Source: Nitrosopumilus sp.
Lineage (GTDB): Archaea > Thermoproteota > Nitrososphaeria > Nitrososphaerales > Nitrosopumilaceae
Direction of reading: 5' to 3'
Length of the DNA stretch: 64,000 nt
NCBI GenBank assembly: GCA_963662625.1
Contig: OY759726.1
Span: forward strand, 1-64,000
In this document: positions 51,025 to 64,000 of the stretch, in pieces
Numbering within the stretch: position 1 is the first letter of the stretch
Layout: each line of letters begins with the position of its first letter
Notes under the pieces: model-generated
Database searches by the model: none
Told to the model about the DNA's origin: nothing
Seen by the model: only the letters and a program-made list of their open reading frames with translations
Position numbers and translations under genes: made by a program

Positions 51025-54000
51025 CTACGGCGCAGGCACTAGGCCGACCTCCATGGGGACGGTCGAGCCGGGTGCCGGGGCGCTTGCAAGGAGCGTGCCG
51101 TAAAAGCTCACGCCGCCCGCGACGTGGACGGGTGACGTCGGGACTACGCCGTACCCCTGCGGTACTGCGGCCACCCACGCCAGAAAGTCCGCCGGGACGA
51201 GGCCCTCCTTGCCCGCGGTGCCGTCGGTCCCCGTGGTGATGCCCTGCAGCTGGTTGGTGGTGTACGTGTAGACGTGCACGGTGACTCCCGGGACGGCCGC
51301 CTCCCCGGCATCCCGCGCCCCGTTGCCGTTGTTGTCCTGGTATGCCGTTATGCCGAGCGTCACCGCCTCCGACTGTTCCACCGGGCGGAACCCCACGTCA
51401 AACGTCACCGGGGTCCCCCCGGCCGGGTGCGCGTACCTGAAGAACTGCCCCGTGGTGATGGTGTGGTCGAACGGGAAGTAGGTCGCCTGGACCACCACCG
51501 TCTCTGACGCGTCAAGCCCCGCAAACTCGTACGCGCCGTCCGCCCCGGTGACCGCCTCCAGGACCGTCTCCGGGTCTGCCAGGTCAATGGCGTACATAGA
51601 GTAGCCCGGAATTCCCGGCTCCCCGGCGTCCCGCGTCCCGTCCCCGTCGGCGTCGGTGAACACCGTGCCCGTGACCGTTGGGGTACTGCCTCCGGTGTCG
51701 CCCCCCACGGTTATCGTCAGGTCCCTTGAGTTGGGCGACGCAAAGCCCCCGGTGGACACTATGGTGACGTCGTAGGAGGGCTTTGCGTATGTCGCGGACT
51801 TGGACTGCAGCGCGCCCCCTAGCATCTCAAACAGGTCCCCGTCGCCCCCCGGGGCCACGGCGTATGCCGGGGCCTGGGCCGCCAGGAAGGCGTTCTGCGC
51901 CGCGATGGTGGCCACCGTGGTGTCGCCGTCGTTGACCGCAGTGTCGCTTGGCACTATGTACCAGTCGCCGAGGTTCTGGTCGAAGGACCTGGCGGCGTAG
52001 AACATGTCGGACATGTTGATGACAGACGAGACGTCCCAGGAGCCGAGGGGCTGGTTGAATGAGAAGGCAGCGCTGAACATCTCGTCCATGTAGGCCACCG
52101 ACGAGACGTCCCAGGAGCCGAGGGGCTGGTCGAAGGACCGGGCATGCCTGAACATCTCGTCCATGTATAGCACCGACGAGACGTCCCAGGAGCCGAGGGG
52201 CTGGTTGAATGAGAAGGCAGCGCTGAACATGCCTCCCATGTATGCTACCGACGAGACGTCCCAAGAGTCCAAGGGCTGGTCGAAGGAGGTGGCATAGGCG
52301 AACGTCTCGCTCATGTTGGTGGTGTTGGAGACATCCCATCTGGAGATGTCGCCGTTGAAGGCGTCGGCGTCGTAGAACATACGGGACATGTCCGTGACGC
52401 CTGAGAGGTCGGGGGCGTCCGCCGCGCTGTACGTCATGTTGTCCGCATACGCGAACGCAGACTCCATCGTGGTCCAAGACGCCGTGCCCCACTGCGCTAT
52501 GGAGCGGATCTTGGCGGCGTTCCCGGGATCCCCGCCCAGATAGATCCTGGTAAAGTCGCCGTATATCTGTACCATGTGGGCCCCAGGGACGGCGTACACG
52601 TGAGTGGCGTCCCCCGTGTGAGTGGTGGCGCTGCCGTCGCCCCAGTCCACCGTGTAGGTGCCGGCGGCGCCGCCTACCGGGATGGTTATGGCCTCGCCTG
52701 CCGCGGTCGTCTCCCATAACGTTATGAACGCGTCGGGGGAGGGGATCGACACGCCGGAGCTGTCAGTGGTGTTTGTCGCCCGCGTCCCCGTGTTTCCCGC
52801 GACGTCCCCAAAGTCGATGGTAAACGTCACGGGGCCCACGCCGTCCGTGCCGTCGATCGTCCTGGCCGCGCTCCAGTTATCGCCTCCGTTGCTGGCAGGT
52901 GCGGCCTGGCCTCCGTTGATCGTCACGCTTGGAGTGGTTATTTCCTCCGAGGCGGTGAAAGCCAGGGTCACCACGTCGCCCACCACGGCGATTCCAGGAC
53001 TGGCGTTTGAGGAGTCCATGGAGACCGCAGTCAGGCGTGGGGCCTGGCCGTCGGCCACCGGTGCGACGAACGGGCCTGTGACTGCATTCCCGTCGCCGTC
53101 CGTGATTCCCGTGCCGACGTACATCGATCCGGTGGCGTCGGTCGGCACCGGCGGGCCTGCAAACGCAAGCGTGACGGTACCGGTGCCGGAACCCGAGATT
53201 CCCGTGAACTTTCTGGCATCGGTCTCGCCCGATATGGTGATGTCAACAAAGTTGTCCAGCGTGGCGGTGACAGGCTTGGAGAATGCAATGGCGATCGAGT
53301 TTGGAGCGGCGATGCCGGCAGAGGAGAATATGGACGGCGGGGGCGACCCGGCGCCCGCCACCACCCGCCCCGCGGCCCACGGGTGCAGGGAATCAGAATA
53401 CGACACGGTGCTGTCATACATAAATGTCCTAGAGTATGTTTCCCCCCTCAAAAGGCCCCCACTGTCAAACCCGCCGCCGACTGAGGAATGACCGGTTATG
53501 CGTATCTCCTCTGTGTCCGCATTGATCCACGTTACGGTGTCGCCGACCGCAACGTCCAGCGTGTCCGGGAAGAAGCACGGGTTGCAGGCCGGGTTGGCGT
53601 TGTACAATGCCAGGACATCGGAGTTTGCAAGCATTGCCACATCTACCCTGCCAGTCCCGTCCTGGTTGGACTTTGGGTGGCGGGACTCCACCGTGGACTC
53701 CAGCAGGAGCTGCACCTCGTCGACTGTGGCATCTGGGTACTTTTGCATCACCAGCGCGGCGGCTCCGGCGACGTGCGGGGCGGCGGCCGAAGTTCCGCAA
53801 TAGGAGTCGTAAGTTGAGGTACTGACGCAGGTGGGACCCGCGATGTCCGGCTTGACCCTCCCGTCCAGCGTGGGGCCTTGGGAGCTGTAGTCCGCAAGTA
53901 TGTCATTCCACCAGTTACTCGCTCCCACGGCCATGGCGTCAGGTGAGTTTGCCGGGATTTCGATGCTGTGGCGGGCAACGGCATGCTCGTTAAAACTAGA

Positions 54001-55201
54001 CCAATATGAGAAAAGCTGAAAGTCCACGGCCTCGGTGGCAGAATGTCTTTCTATTACTATGTGGGCGGTAGTTTCGCTCTGAAAAGTATGCTCAACGTAT
54101 TCATACGGATCAAAGCCGGGTTGGTGGTTTTCGGAGGAAGCCAGCAGGTTAAAATCCTCGTCATACAGGTAAAGGTCATAGTCCTGCGAGGGCGAGTCCC
54201 ACCAGGTGAGAGTTGTGCTGAATGTATTGCCCGGGAATACGCTGACGTCAATCGTCTCATCATCACCTGAGAAGTTATGTAGGCCGTCGCCGTCAGGATC
54301 CGAGAACCGTCCTTCCCAGTGAGAGTTCCCCGAGTTGCCTGCACTGTTGACCCACAGGATCCCGCTGTCCCTCGCCTCGCTCACCTGTCGTTCCACCCGG
54401 TTCGTTCCGTCGGCGGGCCACGCGTTGCCAGCCCATGCCATAGACATCGACACGATGTCGATGTCGCCGCGGGCGATTATGTGGTCTACCATGTTGAGGT
54501 GCTCCACGTCGGTGCGAGAATTGTAGAGGTACAGATCCGCGTCCGGGGCGACGTCCGCTATGACCTCGGCGGAGGCTGTGCCGTGGTCGGTGTCGAAACC
54601 CGTGATTCCATCATGGGAGTCAAAAGACATGTACTCTAATGTTTGCCGCGATCTCTGGGTTGTAGATGTCAAATCCGGTGTCGAGCACCGCCACCCTGAC
54701 CCCCTTGCCGGTGTACCCCGCACTGTTCAGCGCGTCAGAGCCCATCACGCCGGCCCCCTCGGTCACCACCGTCCCGTATCCCTGTACCGCGGGCCCGTCT
54801 GCATGGGTGGGCTGGATCATTGCAGGGACCGGCCTTGCAGGAAGCTTGACGAGCCTGACGTTCTCGTCGGCCGCTATGGCCCCCAGGTTCCGCACCGGGA
54901 CCGTCGCCTGCACCAGCTCCCCGTACGACGCCTCCACTGATATCCCGAGTCCCTGCGGGACGGGCGCCCCCACCCGGGCCATCTCCAGCACCACCTGGAC
55001 CGTCCTGCCGCCCGCGCCCGTCTCGGCGGCATTCGACGTTGGCTGGCCGCCCGACGCCTGTTCGTAGAGGGCCGCGAGCCTGGAGTCCATGTTGTGGAAC
55101 TTTTTTTCTGCGCCTGCCGCCGGGGGCAGTTCCTGGGCATGGGCCGCCGGGACCAGCGCCGCGCAGGCAAGGATTAGCGAGAACGCGAGCAGGCAGTTCA
55201 C
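51025..55201 (-). CDS. Second secreted S8 protease paralogue with added DUF285 repeat module; apparent frameshift near 54637
   Basis: ORFs 54620-55414 and 51025-54723 join into signal peptide, VLDTG / HGTASA / GTSAAAPH, cupredoxin-like, Ig-like, WDVSSV repeats and SdrD-B-like domains. Confidence 0.85.
51960..52400 (-). repeat. DUF285-type 25-aa (75-bp) repeats
   Basis: About five to six F(N/D)QPLGSWDVSSVxxMxxMF units; alternate units are near-identical. Confidence 0.9.
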
Positions 55202-55419
55202 GCGACGGGTTATTTTCGGGCATTTTATAAGTGGAGCGTGCGCGCGCCGCGGTGAGCCCGGTGGCGGGCGGCCCCACGGCGGGCGGCCCTGCCCGGAAGG
55301 CGCCGGCAGCCCCGCCTGGTCTTGCGCAGGCGCGCGCCGCCGGGCCCGCGGGCGCGGGCCTGGGCGCGGACGGCTTCCCGGATCAAGGGTTAAATACGCC
55401 GCGCGGATCCCCAATTGGG

Positions 55420-56076
55420 ATGCTCGTGATAAACTGCAAGAACTACGGGGAGGTCGCCGGGGCCGGGATAACCAGGCTCGTGGGGGCGGCGGCGGCGGCC
55501 TCGGAGAGGTACGGGGTCAGGATCGCGGTGGCGCCCCCGCAGCACCTGGCGGGCCTGGCCGCCGGCGGCCCGGCGGAGATCCTCGCGCAGCACGCGGACT
55601 GCGCGGGGCCTGGCAGCACGACGGGGCACGTGGTGCCGGAGCTGCTCAAAAAGTCCGGGATCGCGGGATCGCTCATAAACCACAGCGAGCGCAGGATCCC
55701 GCCCGGCGAGATCCGGTGCCTGGTGGAGAGGCTGTCGGGGCTGGGGATGACCTCGATAGTCTGCGCGAGGGACGTCGGGGAGGCGAGGAGGTACGCGAGG
55801 CACGGCCCGGACTATGTCGCCATAGAGCCGCCCGACCTCATCGGCTCCGGGAGGTCGGTGTCCACGGAAAGGCCGGAGATCATCACCGCGGCGGCCGACG
55901 CCGTGCGGTCCGCGGGGAACGGGACGGGGCTCCTGTGCGGCGCCGGCATATCGTCCGGGCGGGACGTGGCGAGGGCCATGGAGCTCGGCTCCGACGGCGT
56001 CCTAGTGGCAAGCGGCATCGTCAAGGCGAGGGGGTGGCGCAGGGCGATCGCGGGGCTCGCCAAGTCAATGGTTTAA
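55420..56076 (+). CDS. tpiA: Triosephosphate isomerase (archaeal type)
   Basis: [32 protein letters not shown]; TTAAATA box at 55390. Confidence 0.95.
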   Translation: MLVINCKNYGEVAGAGITRLVGAAAAASERYGVRIAVAPPQHLAGLAAGGPAEILAQHADCAGPGSTTGHVVPELLKKSGIAGSLINHSERRIPPGEIRCLVERLSGLGMTSIVCARDVGEARRYARHGPDYVAIEPPDLIGSGRSVSTERPEIITAAADAVRSAGNGTGLLCGAGISSGRDVARAMELGSDGVLVASGIVKARGWRRAIAGLAKSMV

Positions 56077-56107
56077 TAACCCACCCCGGGAGTGGATTAT
56101 CACAAGA

Positions 56108-58759
56108 ATGAAGCGTGTCTATTTTTTCGACGAGGGCGACGGCGTCGGCAGGAAGGTCCTGGGCGGCAAGGGCGCCGGCCTCTGCGAGATGACGGGGCTG
56201 AAGCTGCCCGTCCCGCCGGGGTTCGTCATCACCACCGGCACCTGCAGGGAGTACTATGCCGGGGGCAGGAAGCTCCCGAGGGCCCTGATGGCAGAGGTGA
56301 AGAGGAACATCGCGAGGATAGAGGCCGCCACCGGGAAGGGGTGGAACTCCCGGAAGGACCCGCTGCTGGTGTCGGTCAGGTCGGGCGCGGCGCTCTCGAT
56401 GCCGGGGATGATGGACACGATACTCAACCTGGGGCTCAACGACGAGACGGCCGGCGGCCTGGCCGAGAAGAGCGGGAACCCCAGGTTCGCGTGGGACTCG
56501 TACAGGAGGTTCGTCCAGCTGTTCGGCAAGGTGGTCTTCGGCGTCGACGACGGGAAGTTCGACGCCGTGCTGGAGGCCGCGAAGGACAGGCAGGGGGCCA
56601 GCTCCGACGGCGACCTTGACGCCGGCTCGCTGAGGGGCGTGGTCGCGAAGTACAAGAAGATATGCGAGAGGCACTCCGGGAGGGCGTTCCCCTCGGACCC
56701 CACCGAGCAGCTGGAGCTGGCCATAAGGGCGGTGTTCGGCAGCTGGATGGGCGAGAGGGCGGTGGTGTACAGGGAGAAGAACGGCGTCACGAAGGACGTC
56801 GCCGACGGGACGGCCGTGAACGTGGTGGCCATGGCGTTTGGCAACATGGGGGACGACTCGGCCACGGGCGTGGTCTTCACCAGGAACCCCGGCGACGGCT
56901 CCAGGCACATCTACGGCGAGTACCTGGTGAACGCGCAGGGCGAGGACGTCGTGGCGGGCGTGAGGACCGGGAAGCAGGTCGGCCTGATGGAGGGCGAGAT
57001 GCCAGGGCCCTACAGGCAGCTGGCCGAGACGTGCGAGAGGCTCGAGAGGCACTACCGGGAGCCCCAGGACATAGAGTTCACCGTGGAGCAGGGCAGGTTC
57101 TACCTGCTGCAGACGCGCAGCGCCAAGATGAACGCCGCGGCCATGGTAAAGGCGTCGGTAGACATGGTGAGGGAGAGGCTGATAAGCAGGGACAGGGCCA
57201 TCGCCAGGCTGGACGCCGGGCAGCTCGAGCAGCTGCTCCACAGGACGATAGACTCGGGGGCGGCCGGGGGGCACCGCCTGCTGGCCACTGGGATCGCCGC
57301 GTCGCCGGGCGCCGCCAGCGGGGTCGCGGTGTTCGACGTGAAGAAGGCCGCGGCCATGGGCGAGGGCGGCGCCAAGGTGATACTGGTCCGGGAGGAGACA
57401 AAGCCGGAGGACGTCCCGGCGTTCTTCGAGTCGGCCGGCATCCTCACCAGCAGGGGCGGCAAGACGTCGCACGCCGCGGTGGTCGCCAGGGGCATGGGCA
57501 AGCCGTGCATCGTGGGGTGCCCGGGCATAGGGATCGACCACGCCGCGGGGAAGTTCACCGCGGGCGGCGCCACCGTGAGGGAGGGCGACACCATAACCAT
57601 AGACGGCGGCGGCGGCGCGGTGTACCTGGGCGACGTCCCGACCATCGAGCCCAAGATCACCGACGACTTCAGGACCGTCCTCGGGTGGGCGCAGAAGGCC
57701 AAGAGGATCGGCGTCAGGGCGAACGCAGACACCCCGGAGGGCGCGAGGCTCGCCAGGGAGGCCGGCGGCCGGGGGATAGGCCTGTGCAGGACGGAGAGGA
57801 TGTTCAACGGCAAGGACCGCATAGGGCTGTTCGTCAGCATGATAATGGCCGAGACGGCCGCGGAGAGGAAGATGGCGCTGGCCAGGCTGGGCAGGCTCCA
57901 GAAGAGCGACTTTGTGAAGATACTGAGGACCATGGAGGGGTACCCCGTGACCATACGGCTGCTGGACCCCCCGCTGCACGAGTTCCTGCCAAACCCCGAG
58001 GAGCTGGCGGGGAGCGTGCGCAGGCTGGAGTCGCGCGGGAAGAAGTCCGAGGCGGCCAAGGCCGCCGCGGTGCTCAAGAGGGCGAGGGAGCTGGCCGAGG
58101 TGAACCCCATGATGGGGCACAGGGGGGTGAGGGTCGGCATCACGCACCCGGAGATATACGAGATGCAGATGAGGGCCGTGTTCGACGCGGCCGCGGAGCT
58201 GGCCAAGAAGAAGATCAGGGCGCGCCCCCAGATAATGATCCCGCAGGTCAGCAGCGCCGCGGAGCTCGACCACGTCAAGGGGATATACGACTCCGTCAGG
58301 AGGGAGGCCGAGGCCCGGCACAAGGCCAGGATAAGGATCAGCTTCGGCACGATGATCGAGGTGGTCAGGGCCGCGGTCACCGCCGACGAGCTTGCCGGCA
58401 CCGCGGAGTTCTTCAGCTTCGGGACCAACGACCTCACCCAGGGGACGTTCAGCTTCAGCAGGGAGGACGTGGAGGGGAAGTTCCTCCCGGAGTACGTGGA
58501 GAAGGAGATCCTCGACAGGAACCCGTTCCAGTCCATCGACGTCGCCGGGGTCGGGAGCCTCATGAGGACCGGCATATCGCTGGGCAGGAAGGCGAGGCCG
58601 GGCATGGAGGTCGGCATCTGCGGCGAGCACGGCGGGGACCCGGGCTCCATCGCGTTCTGCCACGGCGCGGGCCTGAGCTACGTCAGCGCCTCGCCGCACA
58701 GGATCCCCATAGCCATAGTGGCCGCCGCCCAGGCCGCGATAGCGGGGGACGGCCAATAG
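56108..58759 (+). CDS. ppdK: Pyruvate, phosphate dikinase
   Basis: LGGKGA, SMPGMMDTILNLG, GGKTSHAAVVARG, GTNDLTQ, CGEHGG. Confidence 0.97.
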   Translation: MKRVYFFDEGDGVGRKVLGGKGAGLCEMTGLKLPVPPGFVITTGTCREYYAGGRKLPRALMAEVKRNIARIEAATGKGWNSRKDPLLVSVRSGAALSMPGMMDTILNLGLNDETAGGLAEKSGNPRFAWDSYRRFVQLFGKVVFGVDDGKFDAVLEAAKDRQGASSDGDLDAGSLRGVVAKYKKICERHSGRAFPSDPTEQLELAIRAVFGSWMGERAVVYREKNGVTKDVADGTAVNVVAMAFGNMGDDSATGVVFTRNPGDGSRHIYGEYLVNAQGEDVVAGVRTGKQVGLMEGEMPGPYRQLAETCERLERHYREPQDIEFTVEQGRFYLLQTRSAKMNAAAMVKASVDMVRERLISRDRAIARLDAGQLEQLLHRTIDSGAAGGHRLLATGIAASPGAASGVAVFDVKKAAAMGEGGAKVILVREETKPEDVPAFFESAGILTSRGGKTSHAAVVARGMGKPCIVGCPGIGIDHAAGKFTAGGATVREGDTITIDGGGGAVYLGDVPTIEPKITDDFRTVLGWAQKAKRIGVRANADTPEGARLAREAGGRGIGLCRTERMFNGKDRIGLFVSMIMAETAAERKMALARLGRLQKSDFVKILRTMEGYPVTIRLLDPPLHEFLPNPEELAGSVRRLESRGKKSEAAKAAAVLKRARELAEVNPMMGHRGVRVGITHPEIYEMQMRAVFDAAAELAKKKIRARPQIMIPQVSSAAELDHVKGIYDSVRREAEARHKARIRISFGTMIEVVRAAVTADELAGTAEFFSFGTNDLTQGTFSFSREDVEGKFLPEYVEKEILDRNPFQSIDVAGVGSLMRTGISLGRKARPGMEVGICGEHGGDPGSIAFCHGAGLSYVSASPHRIPIAIVAAAQAAIAGDGQ

Positions 58760-58793
58760 TCTTTAATGTGGCGCGGCCCACAACACCGCCGTA

Positions 58794-59351
58794 TTGCTCC
58801 CAAGGATCGACTCGATAAGGCAGATGAGGGCGAAGATCGGCGTCACGCAGAAGAAGCTGGCGTCCATGGCGGGGGTCAGCACGTCGATGATCAACCAGAT
58901 CGAGTCGGGCAGGAGCAGGCCTAGCTACGACACGGCCAAGAGGATCTTCGACAGCCTGGCGAGCCTGGAGGGGAGGTCGGCGTCACACAGCGCGGGGGAC
59001 TTTTGCAACAGGTCTGTGGTGAAGCTGGGCCCGTCGGACACGCTGCACGGCGCGATAAAGAAGATGCGGCAGATGTCGATCAGCCAGATCCCCGTGTTCG
59101 ACGGGCAGGAGCTGGTCGGCGTGGTGTCCGAGGACGGCATCATAAGGCACATCGCCGACGCCGGGGAGGCCGGGCTGAAGGACTCGGCCCTGGGGCAGGC
59201 CATGGACCCCGCCCCGCCCGTGGTGGACTATGACACCCCGGCCAACGTCCTGGTGCCCCTGATCAGGTACTCCAAGTGCATCCTGGTGTCGAAGAACGCG
59301 AAGATCGTGGGGATCATCACCGCGTCCGACACGCTGAGGATGATGGGGTAG
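58794..59351 (+). CDS. XRE-HTH plus CBS-domain transcriptional regulator
   Basis: TQKKLASMAGVSTSMINQIESG HTH; SQIPV and VGIIT CBS motifs. Confidence 0.9.
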   Translation: MLPRIDSIRQMRAKIGVTQKKLASMAGVSTSMINQIESGRSRPSYDTAKRIFDSLASLEGRSASHSAGDFCNRSVVKLGPSDTLHGAIKKMRQMSISQIPVFDGQELVGVVSEDGIIRHIADAGEAGLKDSALGQAMDPAPPVVDYDTPANVLVPLIRYSKCILVSKNAKIVGIITASDTLRMMG

Positions 59352-59359
59352 CCGGCGCC

Positions 59360-59752
59360 CTAGGGGCGCGAGCAGAGCTCCGCCAGGACGCCGCCCAGCG
59401 ACCTCGGGTGGACGAACGTGACCCTGCTGCCGCCGGAGCCGGGCCGCACCTCCCCCAGGAACCGTATGCCGCAGCCCCGCATCCTCGACACCTCGCCGTC
59501 GATGTCGTCGGTCTCGAGGGCCACGTGGTGGAGCCCCGGGCCCCTCTTCTCCAGGAACTTCTTGATCGGGCTGGAGTCGCCCGTCGGCTGCATCAGCTCG
59601 ATCCTGGCGTTCTCGAGCCGGATTATCGCCACCCTGACGCCCTCCGACTCCACCGTCTCGAACTCCACCTCGGCCGCGCCCAGCGCCTCCTTGTAGGCCC
59701 TGGCCGACTCCTCCACGTCGTCCACGGCGATCGCCACGTGGTCGATCCTCAC
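59360..59752 (-). CDS. mce: Methylmalonyl-CoA epimerase
   Basis: IDHVAIAV, IELMQP, GLHHVA, FVHPRSLGGVLAEL; adjacent to the mutase. Confidence 0.93.
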   Translation of the reverse strand: MRIDHVAIAVDDVEESARAYKEALGAAEVEFETVESEGVRVAIIRLENARIELMQPTGDSSPIKKFLEKRGPGLHHVALETDDIDGEVSRMRGCGIRFLGEVRPGSGGSRVTFVHPRSLGGVLAELCSRP

Positions 59753-61345
<1,593 letters not shown>

Positions 61346-61349
<4 letters not shown>

Positions 61350-62263
61350 CCCACCAGCCTCTTCGTTATCCGGTCGGCCGCGTCGTACGGGTCGATCTCC
61401 CTCGCCTGGAGCCTCCCCAAGTACCGCTTGAACGCCCGGTCAGAGTCTAGCATCTCGGAGATCCTGTCACGGGCGCCACTTAAAACGATATCCTTGAGCT
61501 CGGCCTCGAGGCGGGAGGCGTCGGCGTCCCCCTTGGAACCCCTCCTGTCGAGCATCATCCTCTTGAGCTCCCGGGCCAGGCCGGCGATCCCCTTGCCCTG
61601 CTTGGCCGAGGTCGTGAGCACCAGCGGCCTGTGCTCGGTCGTGCCGATAAAGTCCATCACGGCCACGTGCAGCTGGTTCGCGCCCGGGAGGTCGCTCTTG
61701 TTGACCAGGTATATGTCCCCGATCTCCGTCAGCCCCGCCTTGATGGTCTGTATGCTGTCGCCCGTGTGCGGGTTGAAGACCACCACGGTGATGTCGGCGA
61801 TGTTGGAGATCTCCACCTCGGTCTGCCCCGCCCCGACGCTCTCGATGATTATGGGGTCAAAGCCGGCGTATTCCAGCACGCGGACGCTGTTGCGGAGCGA
61901 GGCCGACACGGCCCCCGTGGCGCCCCTCGAGGCGATGCTTCGGATGTAGGTGCCGGAGTCGGACGACTCGGCCATGCGCACCCTGTCGCCCAGGATCGCG
62001 CCCCCGGTGACGTGGCTGGTGGGGTCGACTGCCAGCACCGCCGGCCTGGTGCGCAGCTTGCGCAGCTCCACGGCCGTCTTGTTGATGAGCGAGCTCTTCC
62101 CGGCCCCGGCCGGCCCGGTGACGCCGATCACCACGGAGCCGCCGGTGTCCCTGAATATCCTCTTCAGGATCCTCCTCGCCCCCCGCGGGTCGTTCTCCAT
62201 TATCGTGATCGCCCGGGCGATCGCCCCGCGCTTCCCCTTCCTCAGGTCCCCGACAAGGTCCAT
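61346..62263 (-). CDS. meaB: MeaB/ArgK GTPase chaperone
   Basis: GVTGPAGAGKS, AVDPTS, ILGDRVRM, ESVGAGQTE, VNKSD. Confidence 0.93.
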
Positions 62264-62317
62264 CACGGACAGGTGCCAGCGGGCGGCAATAAAGTCTTGC
62301 GCGCCGGCCTGGCACAG

Positions 62318-62625
62318 TCAATTGTACGGAAAGTCGGTCCGCGCCGGATCAAGAGGACGGTAGCCGGCCATTTTAGGCCGTACCGATCACGGAAGGCCAT
62401 GACAGGAAGACTTGGTGGGGGGTCCCGGAAGTGCCCGGCCAGGCAGCGAGAGAAGGGCGTGCCGTCATCCCAAGTGGCGCGGGATCTGGGAATCACCGCC
62501 AGGCACGTGCGGGGGCCGCGGGCGGGGTTCCTGGAGACCGGGGCGGCGCGGGCGGGGACGGGCAGGCCGCGGGCCCGCATGACCGCCGCCATGATGCGGC
62601 TGGTCACCGGCGCCCCCGGGCAGGC
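62318..62625 (+). mobile_element. IS481-family left-end remnant
   Basis: Aligns with 30138-30440. Confidence 0.8.
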
Positions 62626-62693
62626 CATCCGGCGATGGACGCGCGGTACCTTGCGCGCGCCGGCGCCCGGGCCGGCGGCTGGCGGCGCTCGGC

Positions 62694-63089
62694 CTAGGGG
62701 CGGGAGTAGATTACCCCTGGCGCCGGATCGCCTGCCTGGCGGATCTCGGTCTTCAGCTGCACGCGCCCCAGGTCCGGGTGGTCGACGTCGAGCACCACGG
62801 GGTGCGCCTTCCACCCGTTCTCCGGCACCCCGGGGAACGGGATCTCCTCCGTGAACTCGCTCGCGCGGATGGTCTTCTGGAACGACTCCCCCATCCCGAG
62901 CACCTCCAGCACGGCCGACCGGGTCTTGCCGGACTTGTCCAGGTAGGCCACCTCGACGTACCCGGACTCGTAGACCGCCCCGATCTCGAAGTTCTCCCGC
63001 AGCTCGGAGTCGTCGCCCTTCCCCGTGAGGAGTAGTATCGCGGCGACGGTGACCACCCCTAGGAGGATCGGGGACGCGAGCCTAGCCAT
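62694..63089 (-). CDS. Membrane-anchored hypothetical protein
   Basis: N-terminal hydrophobic helix; host-like codon usage; overlaps upstream gene stop. Confidence 0.7.
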   Translation of the reverse strand: MARLASPILLGVVTVAAILLLTGKGDDSELRENFEIGAVYESGYVEVAYLDKSGKTRSAVLEVLGMGESFQKTIRASEFTEEIPFPGVPENGWKAHPVVLDVDHPDLGRVQLKTEIRQAGDPAPGVIYSRP

Positions 63090-63999
63090 CGCCGAACTCC
63101 CGCCTCATCGACTCCAGGAAGCGTGAGTTTATCCTTATCCGCTCGAGCATCTGGGCCTGCGTGCGCTCCGTGCCGGGGGCGGGGTTCCTGTCGAAGAACT
63201 CCCTTATCTCCCCCTCCATGCCGGCGTCTGCCACCGACGAGATGCTCGCGACTATCCTGTTGAGCAGCGGGTTGCCGTGCCCCACCTTCCCGCTCAGGCC
63301 CTTCCAGTTCCTGCGGAGCCACGGCCACAGCACCTTCCTGCCGGAGGGGTTCGCCGCCACCTTCATCACGGGGAGCTGCATGTTCTGCGAGCGCACCTCG
63401 TCCGTCCGCGAAAAGTCCAGGGTCTTCCTCAGCAGCGGAGCGTCCCGGAAGCCGCACATGGCGCCGAGGAACCGGAGCTTCTCCTCCATGGTCCCCGCGC
63501 GCCGGTACAGCCCGGTCAGCTGGGAGTGCACCTCGCGGCCCCCGTTCCACGCCGCGACGGAGCACACGGGCTCCACCAGGTCCGCCGCGAGCGACCGCGG
63601 GGACCTCAGGAACCCCGCGTACCTCCTGGCGGCCTCGGCGGTCACCTGCCTGTCGCCCATCCTGCCCAGGGCCGACACCACGTACCCCCTGAGCAGCGCG
63701 TCGGTGTGCCTGTCGGACCCGCGCGGGTCCCACCCCAGGCGGCGCAGGAGGTGCCTGAGGTAGTGGAGCGGGTAGGTGAGTATCTCCTGCGCGAACTCCT
63801 CGCCGTACGCCCTGAAGTAGAGGGACGCGAGGTTGCCCGCGACGTTGACCGACGCCAGGTAGCTCTCCTCCCCGTAGTACGCGTCGGCAAAGTCGAGGTA
63901 GTTCCGGACGCGCTCGCGGCCCGACACGCACAGCGAGTAGAGGTCGTTCTGCACCGCCCACCTGTCGATGGCCGGGATCCTCCTCTGGTCGACCAGCAT
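63082..63999 (-). CDS. M1 aminopeptidase C-terminal (ERAP1-like) domain, 5'-truncated by window
   Basis: DRWAVQNDL, EVRSQN, LWPWLRRNW and QMLERIRIN helical pattern; catalytic domain is outside the window. Confidence 0.75.
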   Translation of the reverse strand: MLVDQRRIPAIDRWAVQNDLYSLCVSGRERVRNYLDFADAYYGEESYLASVNVAGNLASLYFRAYGEEFAQEILTYPLHYLRHLLRRLGWDPRGSDRHTDALLRGYVVSALGRMGDRQVTAEAARRYAGFLRSPRSLAADLVEPVCSVAAWNGGREVHSQLTGLYRRAGTMEEKLRFLGAMCGFRDAPLLRKTLDFSRTDEVRSQNMQLPVMKVAANPSGRKVLWPWLRRNWKGLSGKVGHGNPLLNRIVASISSVADAGMEGEIREFFDRNPAPGTERTQAQMLERIRINSRFLESMRREFGDG

Positions 64000-64000
64000 C

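Noticed and set aside
56021-58818. ORFs 56021-58756, 56662-58818 and 57100-58650
   Set aside because: Antisense or alternative frames of ppdK

Overview
High-GC archaeal DNA from an ammonia-oxidising thaumarchaeon (Nitrosopumilaceae-like; the high GC, IS load and large S8/DUF285 surface proteins suggest a host-associated lineage, which is inference). Core genes include polB, Hef-like helicase, dCMP deaminase, parvulin, tpiA, ppdK and the mce/mcmA/meaB methylmalonyl-CoA module. They are interspersed with many mostly decayed IS elements (IS5, IS481, IS630, ISH3, IS66, IS110). A lower-GC defence island of about 21 kb (about 22.4-43.2 kb) carries a complete dndB-C-D-E-A phosphorothioation operon, with no dndFGH or pbeABCD in the window. 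Facing it is a tightly coupled four-gene operon (ParB, ParB-HTH-only protein, beta-CASP nuclease, ApeA-like HEPN), my best candidate for an undescribed system. The island also holds a GHKL/MORC-like ATPase pair, an OLD-family nuclease and an HNH nuclease. Two further sequence-level signals stand out: an IS110 non-coding end whose guide-like 9-mers match its own target flanks and covary between two copies (bridge-RNA-like), and a strongly one-way A:T>G:C, often paired TNNA>CNNG, mutation signature in repeated DNA. All family assignments are from motif recognition by eye; no searches were run. No rRNA, tRNA or CRISPR array was seen.
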